DNA of 64,000 nucleotides from a virus: IMG/VR virus record IMGVR_UViG_3300042893_001581, positions 32,001 to 96,000 of that record; one strand, 5' to 3'. Shown piece by piece: positions 30,381 to 39,253 of this stretch (position 1 is its first letter; each line of letters starts with the position of its first letter). The notes under the pieces were generated by a model. It saw only the letters and a program-made list of their open reading frames with translations, ran no database searches and was not told where the DNA came from. The position numbers and the translations under genes were made by a program.

Positions 30381-31242
30381 AGCTCTATACGGAAATAAAG
30401 ATTGCACTCAACAAATTAAGTCTAAAATTGTAAATGATAAATTAATAGTTAGATCATGTAACGATATTATAGGTGATACACTTCCTGGAGTTATAAAATA
30501 TCTTGAAGTAGATATAGAGCATAAAAATAAAATTTATAATGAAAAAATTAAAGAGGGAGAGTTATTAGTTTTTCCTAAATCAAAAAATAATAAATTAGGA
30601 ATTTTTTATTCTAATAATCATGTCTCTCAAACTTATCCTACTATAAAAAAATCTTTAGATACAATAAAAATAGCATCAGAAGGAAAAGCAGATATTTTAA
30701 CTTGTATGTGGAATCACGAACCTGATAATCCATTTCCTGAATTTATTTCTTGGGTAAAGATATCTAGCCACCTAAATCAATTGCTTCAAATAATGCATTT
30801 ATTATATCAAGCAAGAGAGATTAATAATTATAATTATGTTTCTTTTCTAGAACATGATGTTCTTTATCCAGAAGGATATTTTGATTATCCAGAAATAAAT
30901 GATGGAGAAGTTTTAACTAATATGAATTATATGGGGATTTGCAGAAGCGGTTGGCAAAGTTTAGGGCAGTTAGATCAACCATTTCATCAAATGACTATGA
31001 AATTTTCAGAAGCAATAAAACATTGTGAATCTATATTGTCTAATGCGTTAATAAGAAATTCAGGTCTTATAGAACCTCAAAATATTATCAGAAAAACTTG
31101 GAATTGTATTAATCCCTCTGTCCATGTTAATCATGGATATCATTTTACTTCTCACTTTAATGTGTACAGAAAAGATGATATTTTTCACGAACATTCATAT
31201 TGGGGAATTTTTGAAAACTATAAGTATTTATTTGAGTTTTAA
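30367..31242 (+). CDS. Lectin-like N-terminal domain + GT-A glycosyltransferase
   Basis: IIKALYG..DCT..ND..GD..PG..KYL (SUEL/DUF3395-like); FLEHDVLYP. Confidence 0.55.
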   Translation: MLIIKALYGNKDCTQQIKSKIVNDKLIVRSCNDIIGDTLPGVIKYLEVDIEHKNKIYNEKIKEGELLVFPKSKNNKLGIFYSNNHVSQTYPTIKKSLDTIKIASEGKADILTCMWNHEPDNPFPEFISWVKISSHLNQLLQIMHLLYQAREINNYNYVSFLEHDVLYPEGYFDYPEINDGEVLTNMNYMGICRSGWQSLGQLDQPFHQMTMKFSEAIKHCESILSNALIRNSGLIEPQNIIRKTWNCINPSVHVNHGYHFTSHFNVYRKDDIFHEHSYWGIFENYKYLFEF

Positions 31243-31253
31243 TATTTATAAGT

Positions 31254-31553
31254 ATGCCATCTTATTCTGCATATACACTTAATTTAGTAGCCGAGACAAC
31301 TGTATACCAAAACGAAGTTAGGTGTAGGGTGAAGGAAAATGATTTTAACTATACGTTAAATCCGAGTGCAAATAAAGCAGGAACCTCAGGTTCTTATATA
31401 GATGCAGTAACAGGTTCAGACTTTCATCCTTATACAACCACAGTAGGATTATATAATGATAAAGATGAGTTATTAGTAGTTGGAAAATTATCTAGGCCAT
31501 ATCCAATTCCACCTAATACAGATATGACTTTTATTATAAGGTGGGATAGTTAA
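31254..31553 (+). CDS. Stand-alone C-terminal domain of the split virion protein
   Basis: FNYTLNPS..YTTTVGLYNDKDELLVVGKLSRP aligns to the C-terminus of 25694-26728; own ATATTTAT 4 nt upstream. Confidence 0.7.
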   Translation: MPSYSAYTLNLVAETTVYQNEVRCRVKENDFNYTLNPSANKAGTSGSYIDAVTGSDFHPYTTTVGLYNDKDELLVVGKLSRPYPIPPNTDMTFIIRWDS

Positions 31554-31563
31554 AAAATAAAGT

Positions 31564-32019
31564 ATGAATAAATGGTTATATTTTGATCCTCTAGGAGTTA
31601 CTAGAGAGTTTAATTCAATAGAAGACTTTCCACCCAATACTGTTGGCTTTATATATAAGATTGTCAATCTAGTCAATGGCAAATTCTATATAGGTAGAAA
31701 GGTCCTTTTCAATAATACCAATAAAGTATTAACCAAGAAGGAGATCGCGGAATGGGACAAACCTGGGCGCGTCCCACGCAAGAAGAAGATCATTAAAGAA
31801 TCTGATTGGTTATCATACCATGGAAGTAATAAGCTTCTTAATCAAGAAAGAAAAGAAATAGGGGATGATATGTTTACTAGAGAGATCTTACAATTATGTT
31901 ACTCTAAAAAACAATTGACTTATTATGAAGTATGGTGGCAAATGCATTACAAAGTTCTTCATATAGATTCATATAACGATAATATCCAAGGTAGGTTCTA
32001 TAGAAAGGATGTAGAATAA
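31564..32019 (+). CDS. GIY-YIG-like protein conserved in T4-like phages
   Basis: GFIYKIVNLVNGKFYIGRK..ESDW..Y.GS. Confidence 0.7.
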   Translation: MNKWLYFDPLGVTREFNSIEDFPPNTVGFIYKIVNLVNGKFYIGRKVLFNNTNKVLTKKEIAEWDKPGRVPRKKKIIKESDWLSYHGSNKLLNQERKEIGDDMFTREILQLCYSKKQLTYYEVWWQMHYKVLHIDSYNDNIQGRFYRKDVE

Positions 32020-32046
32020 AAAAAGCCCTGGCACTTGCCGAGGGCT
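32018..32046 (-). terminator. Intrinsic terminator at a convergent boundary
   Basis: AGCCCT-GGCA-CT-TGCC-G-AGGGCT hairpin next to an A7 run (U-tract on the minus strand). Confidence 0.75.
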
Positions 32047-32067
32047 ATATGTATGGGCTTGCAAAGG

Positions 32068-32307
32068 TTAATTCCAATCAATTATCTTATGTAAGGTATC
32101 TTTATCTATATTTGCTTTTAAAGCTTTGATAACAGCTTGTTCAAATTCAACTCTAGGATATCCTGTATTATCTTCATCTGGGCCAATCTTATCTCCTGTA
32201 AGACCTGCTGCATCCAACTGATCATTGTCCATATAATCAAATTCTCTTGGACTAATTTCTTTTAGAAGAGGATTGTTTGCTGTAAATTGCTTAAAGTTGA
32301 ATGCCAT
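32068..32307 (-). CDS. Putative capsid-internal small protein
   Basis: MAFNFKQF..NPLLKE leader. Confidence 0.55.
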   Translation of the reverse strand: MAFNFKQFTANNPLLKEISPREFDYMDNDQLDAAGLTGDKIGPDEDNTGYPRVEFEQAVIKALKANIDKDTLHKIIDWN

Positions 32308-32320
32308 ATTATTTTTTTAA

Positions 32321-33952
32321 TTAGTCTATATTTCTGTAACTAGGATCAGAAAAAGGATTTTTATTAGATTTAGGAGATATATCTTTAATTCTTCTATCAG
32401 AAGTTGATAAATATCCTTCAGGGCTTATTGTAACAGGTATGATATCTTCTTCACGATCAGCACCAGGAACAATTCCAGGTTTTAATCCTCTAAGAACACT
32501 ATTATCTCTATCTAATGTATAAGTCATTGTATTAGTACCGAAATCAACAGTATATTCTTCTGAGCCTTCCATTTGAACACCAGCATCATATCCAGCAATT
32601 TCTTCATTTTGAGAAAAGTCAGTAGCAAAGAAGTCAACTATGTCTTGAAATTCAAAACCATCATCAACAAGAGCCTCTATACTATCCTTAACTAGCGGAT
32701 GTCTTGCAAGAACGGTAAATATTGTTCTATCTGCGTATCCTTGTTCTCTAGCACCATCAATAACAGACTTTACTTGGCCAAGACGTGGTTGTATACTTTG
32801 ATCAATAAGTCCCATCATGCGATCAAACTTACCTTGCTCATCTGGCATTAATGAAGGAAATGGATTTACAGAATCATCATAATCCATACTGTCTACTTCT
32901 TCTACGCTGTCTTCTTTAACAGATTTGTTTTTTACTATATCAAAGAATAATACGTTCTTAGAATCAGTATCAAAATCATCATCTTTAGTAACACTTTGAG
33001 GATCTATTTGCCAACCAGGGAATTTTGTCTGAAGTAAATTTTTAATATCAGTAAAAGCAGCTTTACTTACTTTACTTTCAATAGAAATTGCAATTCCACC
33101 GTCCCCAACAATTTTATTGCCTATCCTTGCTACAGTTGGTGCAATTCTTACATTCTCATATTCCTCTTGATCAGGTCTAGCTTTTTTATATCCGTATTTT
33201 TTTTGAATAGCAAATAGTTTTGACATTAAACTATCTTTATCGCCTTTATCTGCTTCTTCTACAGGACTGTCTTGTACAAATTCATCACCAAAGCCATCCA
33301 CCTTACTTTCTGGGCCTTCATATGGAATTTCTGTATCCAAATACATTTCCTCTTCTTCTCCTAGTTGGTTGTATTCATCTAATCCAGGAGGATTAACAGT
33401 CCAAGAAGTCAAATAATTAAATGGACCCGGATTTAAAATTCTCTTTTTTTCTACTTTTACCATTTTAGCATAAGCATCTTTAACTTCTTCTGGTGAAATA
33501 CCAGTTAATTTAAACTCTATCTCTTCAAATTCATCTTTTATTACTTTAGCGTTGCCTCTGAGACTTTTTACAAATTTTATAAATGTTTTAACGGCAAATC
33601 TTTGATCACCATCACTAATACTTGGATAATCGTAATAAGATAAGGTTATGGTTTCAGAATTTTTGCCTGAGTTCATCTTTTTTTCTTTAAGCTCTTCTAT
33701 ATCCTTAGTGTAAACTTTATATACTTTTCCTATTTTCACTACTTTTACATCTTTATTAGGATTGCCTGTCTTTTCCACTTTAGCAAAACGATCTGCTAAT
33801 TCTTTGTTCTCCGTAGCTCCAAAGTCTGCTTGTTCCCAGCCTTCTAGATCTTCTACTTCTTTTAAAGCATGAAGGTCTACATAGCCACCAAGAATAGCAT
33901 GAGGACCAAGGTGGTTCTCTTTTAAATACTTTGCAATGTTAAAATCTTTCAT
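32321..33952 (-). CDS. Acidic multi-segment putative capsid-internal protein
   Basis: MKDFNIAKYLKE leader; many internal (L/V)xE sites; ATATTTAT upstream at 33972-33979. Confidence 0.55.
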   Translation of the reverse strand: MKDFNIAKYLKENHLGPHAILGGYVDLHALKEVEDLEGWEQADFGATENKELADRFAKVEKTGNPNKDVKVVKIGKVYKVYTKDIEELKEKKMNSGKNSETITLSYYDYPSISDGDQRFAVKTFIKFVKSLRGNAKVIKDEFEEIEFKLTGISPEEVKDAYAKMVKVEKKRILNPGPFNYLTSWTVNPPGLDEYNQLGEEEEMYLDTEIPYEGPESKVDGFGDEFVQDSPVEEADKGDKDSLMSKLFAIQKKYGYKKARPDQEEYENVRIAPTVARIGNKIVGDGGIAISIESKVSKAAFTDIKNLLQTKFPGWQIDPQSVTKDDDFDTDSKNVLFFDIVKNKSVKEDSVEEVDSMDYDDSVNPFPSLMPDEQGKFDRMMGLIDQSIQPRLGQVKSVIDGAREQGYADRTIFTVLARHPLVKDSIEALVDDGFEFQDIVDFFATDFSQNEEIAGYDAGVQMEGSEEYTVDFGTNTMTYTLDRDNSVLRGLKPGIVPGADREEDIIPVTISPEGYLSTSDRRIKDISPKSNKNPFSDPSYRNID

Positions 33953-33983
33953 TATAATAATTTTACTACTAATAAATATTGAA

Positions 33984-34268
33984 TTACTTATTAAATATGC
34001 TTTTGATTATACCATATAGTAAAACAAAGGGTGCGGCCACAATACTTGCCACTCCTAGGCCTATAAGACCTAGAAAGAAGATCAAGATCATTAGTCCTAG
34101 ACAAAACCCAACTACTGTTAATCCTGCTTCAAAGTTAAGTGGCATCATCAATAATCCTATAGATGCAAATGAGAATAGTAACAGCCACAAAGTCATTAAG
34201 CTCCACTTGAGTTTCCAATATATGAAAGCAACAATAAAGCAGGCTAGTATAAATAATAGATAAGTCAT
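33984..34268 (-). CDS. Small integral membrane protein
   Basis: Almost entirely hydrophobic, 3-4 helices. Confidence 0.6.
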   Translation of the reverse strand: MTYLLFILACFIVAFIYWKLKWSLMTLWLLLFSFASIGLLMMPLNFEAGLTVVGFCLGLMILIFFLGLIGLGVASIVAAPFVLLYGIIKSIFNK

Positions 34269-34317
34269 AGTCGTTCGGTTTTTCGCATAGGGGCCCTAAA
34301 ATATAGTATTTACAAAT

Positions 34318-34827
34318 TTACTCTAAAGTATCACCAAAGTCACCAGAACTAATAGTCAACTTCTCTCCGAGCTCCTTTATCACATCTATAGCAGTTTGAG
34401 AATCAATCTCGAACCCTTCACGTTTAGGATTAACTCTATATCCTTGATCTTCTAGATGTTGATGAACAGCCTGTTCTAAAATTAGGCTATTAATACATTT
34501 GTACTTGAAGACCGAGAACCATGGAGTTATCACACCTGTTGCGTAGTTAATCTCCTTTACCCTCTGTCCTACACTAGTAGTAGTCATTCCAATCTTACAT
34601 ATACCAGGCATAGACTTATTTACCAAAACGTATACCCATTCAGGTTTTCTGATACTTAGGGTAGGATCAAGTATTCCTTCACCATAATATGTAACGTCTT
34701 CCCAACCTTCATATTCAGATTCTTTACTTGGGGTTAAAGTGAAGGCAACTGCTTTCCTACAACGGTAAGGATCAGAGTCTTCTAACTTAATGTAAAAGTG
34801 AGTCAAATCTGGAGATATTCGTTTCAT
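34318..34827 (-). CDS. T5orf172/GIY-YIG domain protein
   Basis: VYVLVNKSMPGICKIGMTT..R.KE..ATGV.TP..LE..VH..RVNPKREGF. Confidence 0.8.
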   Translation of the reverse strand: MKRISPDLTHFYIKLEDSDPYRCRKAVAFTLTPSKESEYEGWEDVTYYGEGILDPTLSIRKPEWVYVLVNKSMPGICKIGMTTTSVGQRVKEINYATGVITPWFSVFKYKCINSLILEQAVHQHLEDQGYRVNPKREGFEIDSQTAIDVIKELGEKLTISSGDFGDTLE

Positions 34828-34876
34828 CCGATTTATATATTTACAATTTTTGGTGAATGGGAATTTTTCCCGGAGT

Positions 34877-35041
34877 TTAGAATTTCAATTCCATTTTTTT
34901 GATAGTAAAAGTGACACACCATTTCAAGAACGAAATGTCCAAGAACATATATTCTAATTTACTATCTACATATTCATAACAGATGGATATGGTAGGAATG
35001 AAATAGATTGTATTGTAATTGCTGTTAAAACTAAAATTCAT
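34877..35041 (-). CDS. Small hypothetical protein (54 aa)
   Basis: MNFSFNSNYNTIYFIPTIS...; below the ORF-track cutoff. Confidence 0.45.
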   Translation of the reverse strand: MNFSFNSNYNTIYFIPTISICYEYVDSKLEYMFLDISFLKWCVTFTIKKMELKF

Positions 35042-35043
35042 AT

Positions 35044-35235
35044 TTATTTATTTTCAAGTTCTTTGATCTTGTTTGTTTTTAACCAACAGGTTATAATCCA
35101 TAGGATAGCAACAACCTGCCAACCATAATCACTACCTTCCTTTAGATTGACTGTCATAACCGATGCTGATGCAATTAGGGCAAGAGCCATTAAGATCTTT
35201 TCCCATACTTCGAAATGTTGTTTCAATTTATCCAT
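35044..35235 (-). CDS. Small two-helix membrane protein
   Basis: Two hydrophobic segments. Confidence 0.55.
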   Translation of the reverse strand: MDKLKQHFEVWEKILMALALIASASVMTVNLKEGSDYGWQVVAILWIITCWLKTNKIKELENK

Positions 35236-35394
35236 GTTTCTATATTTAAATTTTGAATGTTACAATATACTTTCCATTAGGGGTTTTCTTCATTGTAGCT
35301 GGAATAGATATGTTACCGAATTTGGCGATTAACTTTCCTGCTTCTTCTATTGTGTCAAACAGTTTCTTGTATATGTTTTTTTCTGTCATTTTAT

Positions 35395-35655
35395 TTAGTT
35401 TTTATAATAGATAGCATTCCATCTACCATTTTCATTTTTATAGACTCCACAAGTACCTTTACCATTTACCATATATCCATTCCACTTTTTAGAAAAATTA
35501 GTGGCATAGTAACCACGGTCTGGAGAATTATGGTCATATTTGTAGTTATGGCCTTTAGAAATTCTAAGCACTTCTTTGATCATCTCGGTATATGTAAAAT
35601 TATTACCGTTCTCAATCATGTGCTCTACAAGTTTTTCTTTTATAGTCTTTCTCAT
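35395..35655 (-). CDS. Hypothetical protein
   Basis: 86-aa ORF on the locally dominant strand. Confidence 0.55.
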   Translation of the reverse strand: MRKTIKEKLVEHMIENGNNFTYTEMIKEVLRISKGHNYKYDHNSPDRGYYATNFSKKWNGYMVNGKGTCGVYKNENGRWNAIYYKN

Positions 35656-35685
35656 TTATTTACGTATTTATATTCTTAGACAATT

Positions 35686-35842
35686 TGGAAATTTTCCCGG
35701 TGTGCGTGGCCAGTCAACGCGGGGCCCCCGGCTAGGGCCCTCCTATCTACCATAATTAGGTCATTGCTGTGGTGCTAGCTCCGTGCTAATGGTCAAGAGC
35801 AAGCCGCAAGCATGTCGCTCGCGAGCTCGTCTCTCTAACCAA
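35686..35842. other. GC-rich, palindrome-dense non-coding island
   Basis: GGGGCCCC, AGGGCCCT, GCTAGC, TCGCGA and GAGCTC within ~150 bp in an AT-rich genome. Confidence 0.6.
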
Positions 35843-36637
35843 CTAGTTTGAGTAAGCGCTAGCTAAACTCCACAGGCCTTGGTTGATATTGAAGTCCTCT
35901 ATAGGATTCTTGATCGCCCTAGCTTGACGGTTGTTTAATTGGAACCCACCCTTAATAAGATTCTCTTGTACGGTATTGTAAGTGTGCCACAAGGTAGGCT
36001 GCGCATCGATCTTACGTTTAGCATTTAGAATGTCTAGTACCTCGTACTGTTCAGGCTGACGATCATCTGAAAGTCTTAAGGCCAATGCTTCTACAGCAAA
36101 CTGGTATCTTTGCTTATCAGTCATCTCGATCATATTCCATTTGCTTATGGTATTAACTACGCCTTGGAGTCCAGATACCTTCTCATCAATAAGGTTCTTA
36201 ACCTCTTGGAAGTTCATCTTGGTGTGGCGCTCTCTAAAGGAACCCATGTCCTTGTCCTTGATAACCAAACCATTCTCACATACAAGACGGAACAAGCCCA
36301 TCTCGAATTGAATTGGTCTAGTGCCATCATGAGAGTTGATAAGTACAACCTCAGGCCTTGCTTCGATCTTACCCTGTGGGTCTTTAATGTAGAGGTCAGG
36401 GTGTTGGAAGCGGGTGATGTGTATGCCCCAATTCTTACGGAGCTCTACGTTAGAACTAGATTGCTTTACTCCTGTCAATACGTAACCCATATCCTGCATG
36501 TGGTCGATAACCTCAAACGTAGGAGTGAACTGGTACTTCGGACTTTTGATAGTCGGTGCAGGTGAAGTAGCAAAGATAGCTGGAGCGATTTGTCTTGCAG
36601 TGTCGAGAGAGATAGATGTAATAGTGTTCAAATTCAT
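35843..36637 (-). CDS. DUF932/DUF945 family protein
   Basis: KYQFTPT, INSHDGT, GLFRLVCENGL, LW..YN.VQENLIKGG. Confidence 0.85.
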   Translation of the reverse strand: MNLNTITSISLDTARQIAPAIFATSPAPTIKSPKYQFTPTFEVIDHMQDMGYVLTGVKQSSSNVELRKNWGIHITRFQHPDLYIKDPQGKIEARPEVVLINSHDGTRPIQFEMGLFRLVCENGLVIKDKDMGSFRERHTKMNFQEVKNLIDEKVSGLQGVVNTISKWNMIEMTDKQRYQFAVEALALRLSDDRQPEQYEVLDILNAKRKIDAQPTLWHTYNTVQENLIKGGFQLNNRQARAIKNPIEDFNINQGLWSLASAYSN

Positions 36638-36703
36638 AACCTTTATTTATATTGTAATTTAATTAATTAATCTGATGTGGTAAAATAATTCTTTGGAGTG
36701 GAC

Positions 36704-36982
36704 CTAGTATCTGTTAATGATGTCACTGATCTCTTTATTCCTTTTCATTTCCTCTAGTGAACCGTACCTAAGGCCGATCTGAAAGAAGTCTAAGGCAGTT
36801 CCAGTGATAATGAACCTACTCATGTTTCCGTCCTCATCCTTTTCTACATCCATCTGGATCCTGTCATTCACCCATAGGTCTGAACTGTAGAGGTTCTCAT
36901 TGATGGTGTCAACGGCCTTTTTAATGAATTCGTAGTTACGTACTGAGGAGAGGATAAGCTGTGTTCTGTCTGTCATTGTCAT
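36704..36982 (-). CDS. Hypothetical early protein
   Basis: Start MTMTDR at 36982, directly after cassette copy 1. Confidence 0.6.
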   Translation of the reverse strand: MTMTDRTQLILSSVRNYEFIKKAVDTINENLYSSDLWVNDRIQMDVEKDEDGNMSRFIITGTALDFFQIGLRYGSLEEMKRNKEISDIINRY

Positions 36983-37148
36983 TATTGATTGGTATATAGT
37001 AAAATTAAGACATTCCAGTGACATAAAAAAATATTTAGGCAACTATTTTGAAAAGTTTTTATTGAGAATCAATCAGTTATAAGTCGTTGGTAATCAATCT
37101 CTTATATACGTAAATATCCTTTCTAACTTATTGGGTATCAATCACTTA
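36980..37148 (-). repeat. Promoter/IHF-site cassette, copy 1
   Basis: ATAGTAAAATTAAGAC..ACATAAAAAAAT core plus three TTG-N5-CAA-N4-TTA units. Confidence 0.85.
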
Positions 37149-37288
37149 GGTGACGCGGGCGTGATATGGCTACGGATCCAGACTATTCTTTTCCTTATTC
37201 TTTTATACACAAATTGACACAAACTAACACTTTCTAACAATATTAATTTTTTATATCCGTTAGATCTTTCTAGTTACACACTAGGTAT

Positions 37289-37549
37289 TTAAAAGGTGAA
37301 CCCGCTATCTATGTATCTTACGGTATTCTTAACAGCCGGTTGTGGGGTTGGTTGAGGTATTTCTTCTATAGTATTATTCTGTTCTATAGGTTTTATTTCT
37401 TCTTCTGTTATTACAGGTGTAGGAGTTGTTTCTTCTTCCTTTATATCCTTATCTGTATTTTTATCCTCTGGTATTATATTATTATCTTTATTCACTGGAT
37501 TATTATCTATGTTTATGTCTTGGGCCTGTTGGTTTTTGTTTATGTCCAT
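37289..37549 (-). CDS. Low-complexity acidic protein
   Basis: N/D/E/P/T-rich, probably disordered. Confidence 0.5.
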   Translation of the reverse strand: MDINKNQQAQDINIDNNPVNKDNNIIPEDKNTDKDIKEEETTPTPVITEEEIKPIEQNNTIEEIPQPTPQPAVKNTVRYIDSGFTF

Positions 37550-37556
37550 GGTTGTT

Positions 37557-38681
37557 TTATTTTACTTTAGCAAGTACGTCAAACATATTATTTGGTATTA
37601 TCTCAGCATTAGGAAGTCTTCCTAGTATATACTTAGTGTAAAGGTTTGCTCTTGAATTAGAAGATAGATCTGTATCTCTTACTTTAGTAGACTTAGGATT
37701 TGTCGTAGTTCTTTTAGCCGGGTTAAATGCTATGTACTTGATATATTGATTAATGGCTAAATCTTCTTTTACTATAGCTGTTACGGTATTCATTACTCTG
37801 TATAACTCTCCTTTATTTGTTACTATATTCTGGTTTGATCCTACTGAATTAGTATCATCAGACTCATCAATCACTCCAAATGTAACTATAAGTACTGTAC
37901 TTTCCAATCTTCTTTTTTGATCATCAGGGATACTTGAATCTAATTCATCACCATATAGTATAAGTTTACTAACCTCCATCGGTCCTTCAACTGGATCGTA
38001 CTCTTCTAATTCTACTGCGTATAATAATCCACTTGGTGTTTTGAATGAATAAAGTCTATAGTCCTCCATGTCTTCTTCTGTCTTAAATACATAAGAATCT
38101 ATTTTTTCCTTCTCTAATCCAATCTCATTTACCTTCTTACCTTTGAAGTCTTTATTGATATAATACTTGAAGGAATGTTTTGATGCTTCCTTATTTTTCT
38201 CAAAGGTTGGGAATAGAGTTTCTACATAGTAGTCATATATAGTATCTCTCTTCTTATCCGATGGTGCCCATGCCATTGCGTATACCTTATCCATACCTCC
38301 AACCTTTTCGGCAGTATTCTTTACAGCTTGAACCACGGTAGCCAGAACTTTCAACGTATCTCCTGCTCCAGTCTTTTCATCATATTTATCCTCATCATTC
38401 GGATTCTCATCACCAGGATCAGGAATAAAATCACTCTTAGTTCCTTGAGCAGTAGTATCTGCACCAAATGCCACATAGAGTGTAATTCCAGGATCCTTTG
38501 GTTTTTTGGATACTAATACTGTTACCTCCATAGGATCTTCGTTTATATTAGTATAGGCATACTTATAGTAATCTCCGTACCCTAAATTCTTAGATGCTAT
38601 CTTATCAAACTTATAAGCATCTTTTGGTTGTGGTACATTTAACTCTAGAGTAAGTTCTTCAAGTAATTGTCTTAATTTCAT
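37557..38681 (-). CDS. Putative capsid-internal protein with tandem duplicated domain
   Basis: MKLRQLLEE leader; GDTLKVLATV..KR..IY and GELYRVMNTV..R..LY halves joined by KVNE; late motif upstream. Confidence 0.6.
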   Translation of the reverse strand: MKLRQLLEELTLELNVPQPKDAYKFDKIASKNLGYGDYYKYAYTNINEDPMEVTVLVSKKPKDPGITLYVAFGADTTAQGTKSDFIPDPGDENPNDEDKYDEKTGAGDTLKVLATVVQAVKNTAEKVGGMDKVYAMAWAPSDKKRDTIYDYYVETLFPTFEKNKEASKHSFKYYINKDFKGKKVNEIGLEKEKIDSYVFKTEEDMEDYRLYSFKTPSGLLYAVELEEYDPVEGPMEVSKLILYGDELDSSIPDDQKRRLESTVLIVTFGVIDESDDTNSVGSNQNIVTNKGELYRVMNTVTAIVKEDLAINQYIKYIAFNPAKRTTTNPKSTKVRDTDLSSNSRANLYTKYILGRLPNAEIIPNNMFDVLAKVK

Positions 38682-38704
38682 CCTGATCTTTTATATAAAT
38701 ATCT

Positions 38705-39091
38705 TTATACCTTACTATCTAAATCTCTTATCATCCATTTGATCTTGCCTATCTCTTCTAAGATCATATCTAACTTGGATTCTATACTTGTAGTCTTGCA
38801 TTCTTTAATATCTGTAACAGCATAAGCAATTCCGTCACTATATTCTATTTGATAATCTACCTTCTTACCTTGAGTAGGAAAGTCTGCCATTTGATATTGG
38901 TGCATCCAACTCCTACATTCATTCGGATGAAGTGGAATACCGTCAGACCATAAGCCATCATAATAAACTGTATAGACAATCCACTCTCCTTCATCATATC
39001 TTAAAAATCCTGGATGTATTTCATACAATCCGTCTTGCTGATCTTGATTCATCATATCTATTAGAATTTGTTTTTGTTCTTCTTTATCCAT
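38705..39091 (-). CDS. Hypothetical protein
   Basis: 128-aa ORF. Confidence 0.55.
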   Translation of the reverse strand: MDKEEQKQILIDMMNQDQQDGLYEIHPGFLRYDEGEWIVYTVYYDGLWSDGIPLHPNECRSWMHQYQMADFPTQGKKVDYQIEYSDGIAYAVTDIKECKTTSIESKLDMILEEIGKIKWMIRDLDSKV

Positions 39092-39093
39092 CT

Positions 39094-39252
39094 TTATCTA
39101 TTTTTCATTCTTTCCATTTGTTCCATATATTCCTCGAACCAAAAGTCCCTGTCCTCATCCCAGTTACCTGTCAATTGAGGATAGAACTCATAGAACATTC
39201 CACTCTTTAACAGAGTATTGTATGCAGTCTTTGCTTTGTCTAAATTTTCCAT
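39094..39252 (-). CDS. Small hypothetical protein (52 aa)
   Basis: MENLDKAKTAYNTLLKSGMFYEFYPQLTGNW...; fills the gap exactly. Confidence 0.55.
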   Translation of the reverse strand: MENLDKAKTAYNTLLKSGMFYEFYPQLTGNWDEDRDFWFEEYMEQMERMKNR

Positions 39253-39253
39253 A

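Noticed and set aside
31564-32019. Intron-encoded homing endonuclease
   Set aside because: No interrupted host gene or group I intron core is visible; the short GIY-YIG-like ORF lacks a DNA-binding extension.
36110-36565. 151-aa plus-strand ORF and similar antisense ORFs (e.g. 33979-34263, 35350-35679)
   Set aside because: They overlap better-supported minus-strand genes and have no recognisable motifs.
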